The notes below the pieces were generated by a model. It saw only the letters and a list, made by a program, of their open reading frames with translations, was not told where the DNA came from and searched no databases. The position numbers and the translations under genes are program-made. 64,000 nucleotides of DNA from Escherichia phage vB_EcoM_G2133. The stretch's first letter is position 1; every line of letters begins with the position of its first letter. The stretch lies in the sequence record MK327928.1; one strand, given 5' to 3'. Of the stretch, positions 50,296-62,167 are shown in pieces.

Positions 50296-50694
50296 TTATA
50301 CTCTATTACTAGAAGCCAGTTGCAGTTTTATCTGCTCAATATCATCAGGGTTATCGATGACCGAAAAACGTATTTCTACTATCAGAGTATAATCATCATA
50401 AACGGGTATCACATTAACTGCTAATTTATCAATACGTGGCTCATAGTTTCTTACTGCGCTTTCGATATTACGCTCAACTGTGTCAGCAGTAAGAGGAGTC
50501 ATATTTTCAAAAAGCTGGTCTGATAAATCACATCCAAATTCAGGGTCAAACGGTCTTGAACCTTTTCTTGTTGTAATAATTCCCAAAAGACTGTTTTTAA
50601 TTGACCTTAATCCAAGTGATCTGGAAACGTCTTTGTTCCAATCCATTTTCATTTCCGGGTCAATGTCAGAATAAAGCTTATTAATATTTGACAT
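50296..50694 (-). CDS. 25: baseplate wedge protein (lysozyme-fold)
   Basis: 132 aa; synteny with gene 26. Confidence 0.9.
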   Translation of the reverse strand: MSNINKLYSDIDPEMKMDWNKDVSRSLGLRSIKNSLLGIITTRKGSRPFDPEFGCDLSDQLFENMTPLTADTVERNIESAVRNYEPRIDKLAVNVIPVYDDYTLIVEIRFSVIDNPDDIEQIKLQLASSNRV

Positions 50695-51320
50695 TATAGT
50701 AACTCAAAGAACTCTTTGAGGCCTCTTATTACGTGAGCATGGGTTTTTCCACACTCTGGACACTTAATTGGAACAGCCAAATAAACAGTAGGCTTTAAAA
50801 GCATATCTTTTATAGCTACAATATCTGACTCTGTGATGATAGAATATAAATCTTCCAGTTCTTTTTCATTTAAGTCTTCAACTGGAATGCTTTCCCCGTT
50901 AGCATGAATCGTTTCTATACATGATACTATCATGTGGGCTATATTTTTATCATCAAAAATTTTAGGGTATCGGAATTTAATTTTAATGTCACCCAGTGTA
51001 TACCAGAGGTCTTCTGGTGCATCTATTTGTGTATGTAATAGATTTATATGGGTTGGTATTTCAGTTCCACAGGTGCACTTCCAGGAGTTTTCGTGATTAA
51101 CTTCACCGAGAGAATGTGCCCATAAATGAATCAACAATAGTTCTGATTCTTGGCGGTTTAAATCTTTTGCATTTGTGCAGTCTTTGATTAGCTTTTTAAC
51201 AATTACTTCTACGGAACCATTATTTTTGGCAGTAATAAGTTCTAGATATTCTTTAAGCGTGAATGCGCGACAATTGATTATTTTAGAACCAACTCTCACA
51301 TCAAATTTGTATTCATACAT
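50694..51320 (-). CDS. 26: baseplate hub protein
   Basis: 208 aa; synteny. Confidence 0.85.
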   Translation of the reverse strand: MYEYKFDVRVGSKIINCRAFTLKEYLELITAKNNGSVEVIVKKLIKDCTNAKDLNRQESELLLIHLWAHSLGEVNHENSWKCTCGTEIPTHINLLHTQIDAPEDLWYTLGDIKIKFRYPKIFDDKNIAHMIVSCIETIHANGESIPVEDLNEKELEDLYSIITESDIVAIKDMLLKPTVYLAVPIKCPECGKTHAHVIRGLKEFFELL

Positions 51321-51341
51321 ATTTAGCTCCTTTATTTATCA

Positions 51342-51353
51342 TATTTATAAATA
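51342..51353. promoter_or_regulatory. divergent late promoters for genes 26 and 51
   Basis: Overlapping TATAAATA on the minus strand (51342..51349) and plus strand (51346..51353), each followed by an RBS. Confidence 0.6.
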
Positions 51354-51370
51354 GAATAAAAGGAGCATCT

Positions 51371-52120
51371 ATGGCAAACATTATTCGTTGTAAATTACCA
51401 GATGGTGTTCATCGTTTTAAACCATTTACGGTAGAAGATTATCGAGATTTTTTGTTAGTTCGAAACGATATAGAACATCGGTCACCGCAAGAACAAAAAG
51501 AAATAATTACTGATTTAATTGATGATTATTTTGGAGACTATCCGAAGACTTGGCAACCATTTATATTTTTGCAGGTATTTGTAGGGTCGATAGGTAAAAC
51601 TAAAGTACCGGTCACATTTGTATGTCCAAAATGTAAAAAAGAAAAGACAGTTCCATTTGAAATATACCAAAAAGAATTAAAGGAACCTGTTTTTGATGTA
51701 GCTAATGTTAAAATTAAATTAAAGTTTCCTTCTGAGTTTTATGAAAATAAAGCAAAGATGATTACTGAAAATATTCATTCTGTCCAAGTAGATGAAATAT
51801 GGTATGATTGGAAGGAAATTAGTGAATCAAGCCAAATAGAACTTGTTGATGCCATCGAGATAGAAACATTAGAAAAAATTCTCGATGCAATGAATCCTAT
51901 TAATTTAACTCTACATATGTCATGCTGTAATAAGTACATTAAAAAATACACTGATATAGTAGACGTGTTTAAGCTATTAGTTAACCCAGATGAGATATTT
52001 ACTTTTTATCAAATTAATCACACACTCGTAAAAAGTAATTATAGCTTAAATTCAATAATGAAAATGATTCCTGCCGAGCGCGGATTCGTATTAAAACTGA
52101 TTGAGAAGGATAAACAATAA
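51371..52120 (+). CDS. 51: baseplate hub assembly catalyst
   Basis: 249 aa; synteny. Confidence 0.85.
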   Translation: MANIIRCKLPDGVHRFKPFTVEDYRDFLLVRNDIEHRSPQEQKEIITDLIDDYFGDYPKTWQPFIFLQVFVGSIGKTKVPVTFVCPKCKKEKTVPFEIYQKELKEPVFDVANVKIKLKFPSEFYENKAKMITENIHSVQVDEIWYDWKEISESSQIELVDAIEIETLEKILDAMNPINLTLHMSCCNKYIKKYTDIVDVFKLLVNPDEIFTFYQINHTLVKSNYSLNSIMKMIPAERGFVLKLIEKDKQ

Positions 52121-53295
52121 TGAGTATGTTGCAACGCCCCGGATATCCAAATCTCAGCGTTAAATTATTTGATAGCTACGACGCTTGGAGTAATAATAGA
52201 TTTGTTGAATTAGCTGCTACTATTACCACATTAACTATGCGGGATTCTCTTTATGGCCGAAATGAAGGAATGTTGCAGTTTTATGATTCTAAAAACATCC
52301 ATACAAAAATGGATGGAAATGAAATAATTCAGATTTCTGTAGCTAATGCAAATGATATTAATAATGTTAAAACACGAATTTATGGATGTAAGCATTTTTC
52401 CGTGTCAGTAGATTCAAAAGGTGATAACATCATTGCTATTGAATTGGGAACTATTCATTCTATAGAAAATCTTAAATTTGGTAGACCATTTTTCCCTGAT
52501 GCGGGTGAATCAATAAAAGAAATGCTTGGTGTCATTTATCAAGACCGTACACTATTAACTCCAGCAATAAATGCTATAAATGCTTATGTTCCTGATATTC
52601 CATGGACTAGCACATTTGAAAACTATTTGTCATATGTAAGAGAAGTTGCTCTAGCTGTAGGAAGTGACAAATTTGTATTTGTGTGGCAAGACATCATGGG
52701 AGTTAACATGATGGACTATGATATGATGATAAACCAAGAACCATATCCAATGATTGTCGGCGAGCCATCTTTAATAGGTCAATTCATCCAAGAATTAAAA
52801 TACCCATTAGCATATGATTTCGTTTGGTTGACTAAATCGAATCCTCACAAACGTGACCCAATGAAAAATGCTACTATCTATGCTCATTCATTTTTAGATT
52901 CTTCATTGCCAATGATTACTACGGGAAAGGGCGAAAACTCTATTGTAGTGTCAAGGTCAGGTGCTTATTCTGAAATGACTTATAGGAATGGTTATGAAGA
53001 AGCTATTCGTCTTCAAACTATGGCACAATATGACGGCTATGCTAAATGTTCTACTGTCGGTAATTTTAACTTGACTCCTGGTGTTAAAATTATTTTTAAT
53101 GATAGTAAAAACCAATTTAAAACAGAATTTTACGTTGATGAAGTTATCCATGAATTATCAAATAATAATTCAGTAACTCATCTTTATATGTTCACTAATG
53201 CAACGAAACTGGAAACAATAGACCCAGTTAAGGTTAAAAATGAATTTAAATCTGATACTACCACTGAAGAAAGTAGTTCTTCCAATAAGCAATAA
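52120..53295 (+). CDS. 27: baseplate hub protein
   Basis: 391 aa; synteny. Confidence 0.9.
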   Translation: MSMLQRPGYPNLSVKLFDSYDAWSNNRFVELAATITTLTMRDSLYGRNEGMLQFYDSKNIHTKMDGNEIIQISVANANDINNVKTRIYGCKHFSVSVDSKGDNIIAIELGTIHSIENLKFGRPFFPDAGESIKEMLGVIYQDRTLLTPAINAINAYVPDIPWTSTFENYLSYVREVALAVGSDKFVFVWQDIMGVNMMDYDMMINQEPYPMIVGEPSLIGQFIQELKYPLAYDFVWLTKSNPHKRDPMKNATIYAHSFLDSSLPMITTGKGENSIVVSRSGAYSEMTYRNGYEEAIRLQTMAQYDGYAKCSTVGNFNLTPGVKIIFNDSKNQFKTEFYVDEVIHELSNNNSVTHLYMFTNATKLETIDPVKVKNEFKSDTTTEESSSSNKQ

Positions 53296-53773
53296 AGAAG
53301 TTTCTATTCCTAAAATGGGTCTTAAACATTATAACATTTTAAAGGATGTTAAAGGTCCTGATGAAAATTTAAAACTTCTTATTGATTCTATTTGTCCGAA
53401 TTTATCACCGGCAGAAGTTGATTTCGTTTCTATTCATTTATTGGAATTTAATGGAAAGATTAAATCTCGTAAAGAAATAGATGGCTATACTTATGACATT
53501 AATGATGTCTATGTATGCCAAAGATTGGAATTTCAATACCAAGGAAATACATTTTATTTTAGACCTCCTGGAAAATTTGAACAATTTTTAACGGTGAGCG
53601 ATATGTTATCTAAATGCTTGCTTAAGGTCAACGATGAAGTTAAAGAAATTAATTTTCTTGAGATGCCAGCATTCGTTTTAAAATGGGCAAATGATATTTT
53701 TACAACTTTAGCAATTCCTGGCCCTAATGGTCCAATAACTGGAATTGGCAATATTATTGGATTATTTGAATGA
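53240..53773 (+). CDS. 28: baseplate hub distal protein
   Basis: 177 aa; overlaps the gene 27 3' end. Confidence 0.8.
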   Translation: MNLNLILPLKKVVLPISNKEVSIPKMGLKHYNILKDVKGPDENLKLLIDSICPNLSPAEVDFVSIHLLEFNGKIKSRKEIDGYTYDINDVYVCQRLEFQYQGNTFYFRPPGKFEQFLTVSDMLSKCLLKVNDEVKEINFLEMPAFVLKWANDIFTTLAIPGPNGPITGIGNIIGLFE

Positions 53774-55542
53774 AAAAGCCACAAGAAATGCAAACGATGC
53801 GTAGAAAAGTTATTTCAGATAATAAACCAACACAGGAAGCGGCTAAATCCGCTTCCAACACTTTATCTGGACTTAATGATATATCTACGAAATTGGATGA
53901 TGCTCAAGCTGCTTCTGAATTAATAGCTCAAACTGTCGAAGAAAAATCGAATGAAATAGTTGGAGCAATTGGTAACGTAGAAAGCGCAGTGAGTGATACT
54001 ACTGCCGGTTCTGAGTTAATTGCCGAGACTGTTGAAATTGGCAATAATATCAATAAAGAAATAGGCGAATCACTCGGAAGTAAATTAGATAAATTAACAA
54101 GTTTACTAGAGCAAAAAATTCAGACAGCTGGAATTCAACAGACTGGAACTAGTTTAGCCACAGTTGAAAGCGCTATTCCTGTTAAAGTCGTTGAGGATGA
54201 TACTGCTGAATCTGTGGGTCCTTTATTACCGGCCCCTGAAGCAGTTAATAATGATCCTGACGCTGATTTTTTCCCTACCCCTCAGCCAGTTGAACCCAAA
54301 CAAGAATCGCCAGAAGAAAAACAGAAAAAAGAAGCATTTAACTTAAAATTATCTCAAGCTTTAGATAAATTAACGAAGACTGTTGATTTTGGATTTAAAA
54401 AATCCATTTCAATTACTGATAAAATATCAAGCATGTTATTTAAGTACACCATCAGTGCTGCTATTGAAGCTGCTAAAATGACTGCAATGATATTGGCTGT
54501 TGTTGTTGGAATAGACCTGTTGATGGTTCATTTTAAATACTGGTCAGATAAATTTTCAAAAGCCTGGGATTTATTTAATACTGACTTTACTAAATTCTCT
54601 AGCGAAACCGGAACATGGGGTCCTTTATTACAGAGCATCTTTGATTCTATTGATAAAATTAAACAACTTTGGGAAGCGGGAGATTGGGGTGGATTGACAG
54701 CAGCTATTGTTGAAGGACTCGGAAGTGTTCTTTTTAATTTAGGTGAACTTATTCAATTAGGTATGGCTAAATTATCTGCAGCAATTCTTCGAGTCATTCC
54801 TGGTATGAAGGATACTGCTGATGAAGTAGAAGGAAGAGCATTAGAAAATTTCCAAAATTCTACTGGAGCATCTCTCAATAAAGAAGACCAGGAAAAAGTT
54901 GCAAATTATCAAGATAAACGAATGAACGGAGACCTTGGTCCGATAGCAAAAGGATTAGATAAAATTGCTAATTGGAAAACTCGTGCATCTAATTGGATTC
55001 GTGGGGTTGATAATAAAGAAGCACTAACTACCGACGAAGAACGTGCAGCAGAAGAAGAAAAATTAAAGCAACTTTCACCTGAAGAAAGAAAAAATGCTTT
55101 AATGAAGGCTAATGAAGCCCGTGCCGCAATGATTCGCTTTGAAAAATATGCTGATTCAGCTGATATGAGTAAAGACTCAACGGTTAAATCTGTTGAATCT
55201 GCCTATGAAGACCTTAAAAAACGGATGGATGACCCGGATTTAAATAATTCACCGGCAGTTAAAAAAGAACTTGCTGCTAGATTTTCTAAAATTGATGCTA
55301 CTTATCAAGAGCTCAAGAAAAATCAGCCTAATGCCAAACCTGAAACTTCTGCTAAATCGCCAGAAGCAAAACAAGTCCAGGTAATAGAAAAGAACAAAGC
55401 ACAGCAAGCTCCTGTTCAACAAGCATCTCCTTCAATCAATAATACTAATAATGTTATTAAGAAAAATACTGTCGTTCATAATATGACACCTGTCACAAGC
55501 ACAACTGCTCCTGGTGTATTTGATGCGACTGGGGTTAATTAA
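53770..55542 (+). CDS. 29: baseplate hub / tail length determinator
   Basis: 590 aa; synteny. Confidence 0.9.
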   Translation: MKKPQEMQTMRRKVISDNKPTQEAAKSASNTLSGLNDISTKLDDAQAASELIAQTVEEKSNEIVGAIGNVESAVSDTTAGSELIAETVEIGNNINKEIGESLGSKLDKLTSLLEQKIQTAGIQQTGTSLATVESAIPVKVVEDDTAESVGPLLPAPEAVNNDPDADFFPTPQPVEPKQESPEEKQKKEAFNLKLSQALDKLTKTVDFGFKKSISITDKISSMLFKYTISAAIEAAKMTAMILAVVVGIDLLMVHFKYWSDKFSKAWDLFNTDFTKFSSETGTWGPLLQSIFDSIDKIKQLWEAGDWGGLTAAIVEGLGSVLFNLGELIQLGMAKLSAAILRVIPGMKDTADEVEGRALENFQNSTGASLNKEDQEKVANYQDKRMNGDLGPIAKGLDKIANWKTRASNWIRGVDNKEALTTDEERAAEEEKLKQLSPEERKNALMKANEARAAMIRFEKYADSADMSKDSTVKSVESAYEDLKKRMDDPDLNNSPAVKKELAARFSKIDATYQELKKNQPNAKPETSAKSPEAKQVQVIEKNKAQQAPVQQASPSINNTNNVIKKNTVVHNMTPVTSTTAPGVFDATGVN

Positions 55543-55550
55543 GGAATAAT

Positions 55551-56645
55551 ATGGCAATTGTTAAAGAAATAACTGCTGATTTAATTAAAAAGTCCGGTGA
55601 GAAAATTTCAGCCGGACAGAGTACTAAATCAGAAGTAGGAACTAAAACATACACAGCCCAGTTTCCAACTGGGCGTGCTAGTGGTAATGACACTACAGGG
55701 GACTTCCAGGTAACAGATCTATATAAGAATGGATTATTATTTACTGCATACAATATGTCATCTAGGGATTCTGGAAGTCTTAGATCGATGAGATCTAACT
55801 ACTCTTCTTCATCTTCGAGTATTTTACGTACAGCCAGAAACACTATCAGTAATACAGTATCAAAACTGTCAAATGGATTAATATCAGATAATAATTCAGG
55901 AACAATAAGTAAAGCCCCTGTTGCAAATATTCTTTTACCAAGATCTAAATCCGATGTTGATACATCATCACATAGATTTAATGATGTTCAAGAAAGTCTT
56001 ATCAGCAGAGGCGGAGGTACTGCTACTGGTGTGCTAAGTAATATTGCTTCAACTGCAGTATTTGGAGCACTGGAAAGTATAACACAAGGTATAATGGCTG
56101 ATAATAATGAACAAATATACACTACGGCTCGAAGTATGTATGGTGGTGCTGAAAATAGAACTAAAGTGTTTACTTGGGATTTGACTCCACGTTCAACAGA
56201 AGATTTAATGGCTATTATTAATATCTATCAATATTTTAACTATTTTTCTTATGGTGAAACTGGTAAATCTCAATATGCTGCTGAAATAAAGGGGTATTTA
56301 GATGATTGGTATCGTTCTACGTTAATTGAACCTTTATCTCCGGAAGACGCAGCTAAAAATAAAACACTATTTGAGAAAATGACATCGAGTTTAACTAACG
56401 TTCTAGTAGTTTCAAACCCGACAATTTGGATGGTGAAAAACTTTGGTGCAACATCTAAGTTTGATGGAAAAACGGAAATATTTGGCCCATGCCAAATACA
56501 AAGCATCAGATTTGATAAAACACCTAATGGTAACTTTAACGGATTAGCTATTGCTCCAAACCTCCCTAGTACATTTACTCTTGAGATTACTATGAGAGAA
56601 ATTATCACGTTAAACCGTGCTTCTTTATATGCGGGGACTTTTTAA
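55551..56645 (+). CDS. 48: baseplate tail-tube cap protein
   Basis: 364 aa; synteny. Confidence 0.9.
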   Translation: MAIVKEITADLIKKSGEKISAGQSTKSEVGTKTYTAQFPTGRASGNDTTGDFQVTDLYKNGLLFTAYNMSSRDSGSLRSMRSNYSSSSSSILRTARNTISNTVSKLSNGLISDNNSGTISKAPVANILLPRSKSDVDTSSHRFNDVQESLISRGGGTATGVLSNIASTAVFGALESITQGIMADNNEQIYTTARSMYGGAENRTKVFTWDLTPRSTEDLMAIINIYQYFNYFSYGETGKSQYAAEIKGYLDDWYRSTLIEPLSPEDAAKNKTLFEKMTSSLTNVLVVSNPTIWMVKNFGATSKFDGKTEIFGPCQIQSIRFDKTPNGNFNGLAIAPNLPSTFTLEITMREIITLNRASLYAGTF

Positions 56646-57610
56646 TGTATTCTTTAGAGGAATTTAATAATCAAGCAATAAACGCAGATTTCCAACGTAA
56701 TAATATGTTTAGCTGCGTTTTTGCGACAACTCCATCAACTAAAAGCTCTTCGTTGATAAGTTCAATTAGCAACTTTTCTTATAATAACTTGGGCCTAAAT
56801 TCAGATTGGTTAGGATTGACTCAAGGTGATATTAATCAGGGAATTACCACGCTAATTACTGCTGGCACACAAAAACTGATAAGAAAATCAGGGGTTAGTA
56901 AATATCTTATTGGTGCCATGAGTCAACGTACAGTTCAAAGTTTATTAGGCTCATTTACAGTTGGTACATATTTAATTGACTTCTTTAACATGGCATATAA
57001 CTCATCTGGATTGATGATATACTCTGTAAAAATGCCAGAGAATAGATTATCCTATGAAACTGACTGGAACTACAATTCTCCTAATATTCGCATAACCGGG
57101 AGAGAATTAGACCCTTTGGTTATTTCATTTAGAATGGATTCAGAAGCTTGTAACTATCGTGCAATGCAAGACTGGGTTAACTCCGTTCAAGACCCAGTAA
57201 CTGGATTACGCGCTTTGCCACAGGATGTCGAGGCAGATATTCAGGTTAATCTTCATTCTCGTAATGGATTGCCTCATACTGCGGTGATGTTCACTGGATG
57301 CATTCCAATATCAGTGAGCGCTCCTGAGTTATCATATGATGGAGATAACCAAATAACTACATTTGACGTTACTTTTGCGTATAGAGTGATGCAGGCTGGA
57401 GCAGTTGATAGGCAAGCTGCGCTTGAATGGCTTGAATCTGCTGCTATAAATGGTATTCAAAGCGTTCTCGGAAATAGTGGAGGTGTTACTGGACTATCTA
57501 ATTCGCTTTCACGACTCAGTAGATTAGGGGGAACTGCAGGAAGCATTTCAAACATTAATACTATGACAGGAATTGTCAATTCGCAAAGTAAAATATTAGG
57601 AGCAATATAA
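56645..57610 (+). CDS. 54: baseplate tail-tube initiator
   Basis: 321 aa; synteny. Confidence 0.9.
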   Translation: MYSLEEFNNQAINADFQRNNMFSCVFATTPSTKSSSLISSISNFSYNNLGLNSDWLGLTQGDINQGITTLITAGTQKLIRKSGVSKYLIGAMSQRTVQSLLGSFTVGTYLIDFFNMAYNSSGLMIYSVKMPENRLSYETDWNYNSPNIRITGRELDPLVISFRMDSEACNYRAMQDWVNSVQDPVTGLRALPQDVEADIQVNLHSRNGLPHTAVMFTGCIPISVSAPELSYDGDNQITTFDVTFAYRVMQAGAVDRQAALEWLESAAINGIQSVLGNSGGVTGLSNSLSRLSRLGGTAGSISNINTMTGIVNSQSKILGAI

Positions 57611-57614
57611 CAAT

Positions 57615-57643
57615 GGGGACCTTTCGGTCCCCATATTTTTATT
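57615..57643. terminator. bidirectional terminator between gene 54 and the alt region
   Basis: Hairpin ggggacctttcggtcccc flanked by T-runs, between convergent genes. Confidence 0.6.
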
Positions 57644-57929
57644 TACGGAATGAAATAAAAGCAGCAACTGAAGCAACTAAACTGTCTTCAATATAAACCT
57701 CAATTTTTACCGGAGCTTCTGACTCAAATTTACCTGTTACTACACCTTGGAAAATACTTTCAGTCTGTTCTGGCTTTGAAAAATTTTCAGAAGGAAAAAT
57801 TCCGAACTTTTTATCTGTTCCAAAAATTTTGATAAATTCATCGTAAACTGCTTCATTAAAAGCATTATCAGCAGGAATAACGCCTTCAACTACAAGTTCT
57901 TGACCTAAAAAGCGCAAAGAAGATTTCAT
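57639..57929 (-). CDS. hypothetical protein downstream of alt
   Basis: 96-aa ORF; no recognisable motif. Confidence 0.5.
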   Translation of the reverse strand: MKSSLRFLGQELVVEGVIPADNAFNEAVYDEFIKIFGTDKKFGIFPSENFSKPEQTESIFQGVVTGKFESEAPVKIEVYIEDSLVASVAAFISFRK

Positions 57930-57989
57930 TTTGTGTTCCTCATGTTATGCCAGTAAGACTACTATAACACAACACGAGGGACTTGTAAA

Positions 57990-60047
57990 CTACATTTTGA
58001 ACTTTTTAGACATTCCGTTGATGTTAACCAAAGAAGCCAAGATTTGAGAAACTTCGTTTTCCTCTTCTTTTGATTCTTCTACAAGGAATTGATTAAATCC
58101 AGCCATTGGACGAACTTCACCAGTTTCCATTAGATGGTCGCCATCATATACCGATTCCTCTAATTGTTCAGAAGGAGGAACGATTGTACCTTCTATTAGA
58201 TACTTGTTATAAGCAGTTTCTTTCATAAAGTACGTACTTACTTTATTAATCTTCAGTAAAATTCCGCGCGGTAGAATAACTTCAGCTTCTGATGGAAATC
58301 CTGATAAATGACCTGGAACGATAACTTTGATTCGCTCAGCTCCTTTAATTACCATACCCACGCTAGTTTCAGCATCTTCATTAGCATATGTAGAATGACT
58401 ACCCATATGCATCAAATCTTCTGCATCAACGGAACCTTCTCCTTCACCAGAAAATACTGCGCCGGAATCATCTAGAGCCATATAGTTTTTACCATGCTCA
58501 CCGAAGATATTTGGTTTAAGCGATGTGGATACGAAGTTCTTGAAATAGAACATTTTATTTTCAATGTTATGACGCAAAGTTTTAAAGGTAACTTCTTGCC
58601 CACGATAAAGAGTAGTTCCTGGAGGAAGAACAGAACCTTTAGCAAATGCAGAATCCAACGTCTCGATGTGTTTAATAGCTCGTTCCATATATTCTTCACG
58701 GGTAGAATCAGGTTTACCTAAAAGGAACGAGTTCATTTCAACATATGAATCTGCACAATAATCTTCAATTACATCAGATTCAGCTTGAGTTAATCCTTTT
58801 GGAGTTACTTCGGTGCTTGCGTATTCATATGCCTGAGCGGCAGATTCATTAATCAATTTATAAATGCCATTCATTACAAATTGAATAATAGCTGTCTTTT
58901 CATCTGGCGTAGCTTTAGAACCTTTAACCAAATCATTGATAATTTTCTTAATAACATCAAAGCTATTAGAAATATTAATGTCAGCAAGATCGCTTAAAAT
59001 TTTATCAGTTTTATAATCAAAGAATTCTTTATTCTTTAAATATTCTTGAGAACCTTGATATGTTATATCGCTCTGCAACTTGATAGATGGATCACGTAAA
59101 CGTGCATGGGCTAATGCAATATGATTTCGGAAGTTTTCTAGTTCGTAATCGCTAGATTTAAAACGAGAAGCACTTCTCATACCACCAATAGCTCCTTTGC
59201 TGAAGTTTGAACCAATCTGAATAACGCCAGAGTTCATTGGTCCTTCTGCTTTATACACCGGAACTTTAAATTCAAACTCTTGATATTTCTTAGCAGCGAA
59301 GCTATCACCCTGAAGTGAAGCATCGACAGTAGAATATTGAGCTTGTGCTGCTAATCGACGACTAATTTTAGTTTTCTGAATAACAGCTTGATCAGTGCGC
59401 TTATCATTTTCTAAAGCAATAGAAGCAGCAACAGCGACAGCTTTAGGAACAGCATTACCTGTTTTAACGTCTACATAAACATCACCAACCTTTGATTCAA
59501 CTTTTGTGAATAACTCAGTTGAAATAGGAGGTACACCTGGAATGTCTTCTAAATTGGCATTTTTACGGTAAACCATAATATATGCATATTTCTTATCAAA
59601 GTCCCAGATTTCCTTTAAAAGAACATATCGACCTGCTCCTTTAGTACGTACTAAACGGTCAGCAATAACTTGCATTTGACGAGCAGCGCCATTTGTTTTA
59701 CTCTTTAGTACGCGAAATAAGCATGCATCAATTTTATACTGTTTCATTGTTTGAAGAGCAGTATCAAAAACAGCATTAATGACGCCAATTGGATTTCCAC
59801 CCAAGTTTTTAAGCTTAACTAACGATAATTTCTCGTTGACACCTATCATTACGATATGCATCATTTTATCGCCTGGCTTAACGTTTTTATTCGTATCACC
59901 GCCAGAGGTGTATGTACAAAATCTAAATCCAGGAAGCACGCTTTCTTCACCGGCTTGAATAGCAAAAATTTGTGGTATTTTATGCTTAGGATTTAAGTTA
60001 ACAACCGGCGCCGAAGCGCCGTCAAATAATTCTGTAATAAGTTCCAT
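57990..60047 (-). CDS. alt: ADP-ribosyltransferase Alt (packaged, injected)
   Basis: N-terminus MELITELFD...; C-terminal ADP-ribosyltransferase triad R (TLYRGQ), STS (FVSTSL), ExE (SEAEVILPRG); position next to gene 30 as in T4. Confidence 0.9.
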   Translation of the reverse strand: MELITELFDGASAPVVNLNPKHKIPQIFAIQAGEESVLPGFRFCTYTSGGDTNKNVKPGDKMMHIVMIGVNEKLSLVKLKNLGGNPIGVINAVFDTALQTMKQYKIDACLFRVLKSKTNGAARQMQVIADRLVRTKGAGRYVLLKEIWDFDKKYAYIMVYRKNANLEDIPGVPPISTELFTKVESKVGDVYVDVKTGNAVPKAVAVAASIALENDKRTDQAVIQKTKISRRLAAQAQYSTVDASLQGDSFAAKKYQEFEFKVPVYKAEGPMNSGVIQIGSNFSKGAIGGMRSASRFKSSDYELENFRNHIALAHARLRDPSIKLQSDITYQGSQEYLKNKEFFDYKTDKILSDLADINISNSFDVIKKIINDLVKGSKATPDEKTAIIQFVMNGIYKLINESAAQAYEYASTEVTPKGLTQAESDVIEDYCADSYVEMNSFLLGKPDSTREEYMERAIKHIETLDSAFAKGSVLPPGTTLYRGQEVTFKTLRHNIENKMFYFKNFVSTSLKPNIFGEHGKNYMALDDSGAVFSGEGEGSVDAEDLMHMGSHSTYANEDAETSVGMVIKGAERIKVIVPGHLSGFPSEAEVILPRGILLKINKVSTYFMKETAYNKYLIEGTIVPPSEQLEESVYDGDHLMETGEVRPMAGFNQFLVEESKEEENEVSQILASLVNINGMSKKFKM

Positions 60048-60050
60048 GAT

Positions 60051-62147
60051 TTATCCTTGAACGAACTTGTAAGGCATGTTTGTAATATCTATGCAAGACG
60101 CAATAATTCCAAGAGATGATTCTACTTTCTGTTTAACGTTTGATGAAACAAATGATGCAAAGTCAACTCTGTCTTCTATTTCAATATCACCTGTCATTGC
60201 AACCAATTCACCAGTTTCCATTAAATGGTCTCCATCATAGATTACCGATTCGGTGAGCTCTTCCGTGGTCATAACTTCAGCTTGAATGAGTTTTGTATTA
60301 TTAGATGTTGTTCCGTCATTATTAGAAGCATCAGTTATTTTATTAACTTTGACCATCAATCCACGCGGTAGAATAACTTCAGCTTCTGTTGCTATTCCGA
60401 GACTTCCTGGATATACAACATTAACTTTATGAGCTCCATCAATTGCCCATCCTATTTGAACTTTAACGTATTCAGGATTTTCTTTATACGCTCTTATTTC
60501 GTTTGGATTAATAGTTATTCCTTCTTCATTTTTATCAACTGTTAATTCATTGCGAGCTTCTGGTTCTAAAAGACCAATACCAGCATGTGTAATTCCAAAA
60601 CGTCCAAAAATGATAGGAGTTAAAGAAGTAGATACAAAATTTCTGAAGTAGAACACTTTATTTTTAACTAACGCTTCATATATAGGAGCAGTCATACTTT
60701 GAGCACGATAAACTGTAATGCCTTCTGGTATACGGTCACCATTTTCAAAAGCTGAATCTAAGTTATTTATAGCAGATTCAATTTCTTTTTCACTCATTAC
60801 ATCATATCGTTCTGGATTGTAACGACCTAAAAGAAGATTATTGATGTCAGTATATCCTGAACCGCAATATTCTCTAATGCCACGCTTTTGTGATGGAGTA
60901 TATTTAGAACCATCGCGGGCAATAGTAATATCAATCATTGGACCAGCACCAATTCCAGAAAAACTGTAAATCATTCGTTTGAGGAATTTAGTTTTTGCTG
61001 CGTTCCAGGAATTTTTAGTTATTTCTTCCCAGACTTCATCTGGTTGTCCTTTACGATTTTTATTATGATTAGCAAGCCATTTATCTTTATAATCTTCAAA
61101 GAATTGATTTACAGCTGCTGCGTATTTCTCTAAACATTTTATTGAAGTAGTTGGTTCATTTTTAATTGCATTAAAAATTACTTCTTTAATTTTTTCTGAA
61201 ACTTCACCGACTTGACTCATTGGAAAGAATTTATAATCATAGTGAAGTTCATCTGCCGTTCCTTCAGCAATAATTTTTGCTGCCTTTGTTTTAGAAGCTA
61301 ATGAATTAATTCCAATTTTCATTTCTTCTGCTTCGGGAATTAAAGGAGCGGTAGCAGGTTTATTGAAATTAGCTGCGGTAGATTCATACTTCTGGAATAA
61401 TTCACTTTCAAATCTAGAAGATTCCAACGACTGACTTTGCGCAATTGCTCTACGTGAAATTTTAACTTTAACGATTACCGCTTGGTCAGAACGTTTATCA
61501 TTTTCTTGCGCAATAGATGCTGCAATTGCCTCATTTTTAGTTACTTGGGCTCCAGTATCTTTATTGATATAAACATCACCGACTTTCGATTCAACTTTAG
61601 TAAAGAGCTCGGTACTAATTTCCGGAACTCCTGGAATGTCTTCTAATGATACATTTTTGCGATGTATAAGAATATATGCATACTTTTTATCATAATCCCA
61701 GAGTTCCTTAAGAAGGACGTATCTGCCACCTGAACGACTACGGATAAGTCTATCAGCAATAAGTTGAATTTGACGAGCTTGACCAGCAGTTTTAGACTTA
61801 AGAATACGGAGCATACATGCATCAATTTTATACTGACGCATCGTCTGCATCGCAACAGTAAAAACTGAATTGATGTAATTAATTGGGCTTGGACCGAGAC
61901 CCTTTAATTTAGCAATTGAACCTTTAGCAGTTAATGTAAAAGGAACAATATGCATCATTTTATCGCCCATTTTTAAATCGCGATTAGTATCACCTCCAGA
62001 TGTATAGGTACATAAACGAAAACCTGGTTGTTCAATTGCGTCATCAACATGAACTGAAAAAATTTGCGGTATTTTCTTCTTTGGATTTAAGTTTGTAATC
62101 GGAAGAGTAGTATCTTCGTCAAATAATTCTGTAATGAGTTCCATCAT
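60051..62147 (-). CDS. second Alt-like ADP-ribosyltransferase (tandem paralogue)
   Basis: 698 aa; N-terminal ~230 aa about 65-70% identical to the adjacent alt product; intact R (TVYRAQ), STS (FVSTSL), ExE (TEAEVILPRG); central region divergent. Confidence 0.85.
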   Translation of the reverse strand: MMELITELFDEDTTLPITNLNPKKKIPQIFSVHVDDAIEQPGFRLCTYTSGGDTNRDLKMGDKMMHIVPFTLTAKGSIAKLKGLGPSPINYINSVFTVAMQTMRQYKIDACMLRILKSKTAGQARQIQLIADRLIRSRSGGRYVLLKELWDYDKKYAYILIHRKNVSLEDIPGVPEISTELFTKVESKVGDVYINKDTGAQVTKNEAIAASIAQENDKRSDQAVIVKVKISRRAIAQSQSLESSRFESELFQKYESTAANFNKPATAPLIPEAEEMKIGINSLASKTKAAKIIAEGTADELHYDYKFFPMSQVGEVSEKIKEVIFNAIKNEPTTSIKCLEKYAAAVNQFFEDYKDKWLANHNKNRKGQPDEVWEEITKNSWNAAKTKFLKRMIYSFSGIGAGPMIDITIARDGSKYTPSQKRGIREYCGSGYTDINNLLLGRYNPERYDVMSEKEIESAINNLDSAFENGDRIPEGITVYRAQSMTAPIYEALVKNKVFYFRNFVSTSLTPIIFGRFGITHAGIGLLEPEARNELTVDKNEEGITINPNEIRAYKENPEYVKVQIGWAIDGAHKVNVVYPGSLGIATEAEVILPRGLMVKVNKITDASNNDGTTSNNTKLIQAEVMTTEELTESVIYDGDHLMETGELVAMTGDIEIEDRVDFASFVSSNVKQKVESSLGIIASCIDITNMPYKFVQG

Positions 62148-62167
62148 ATCCTCTCTAGTGTTTATTC

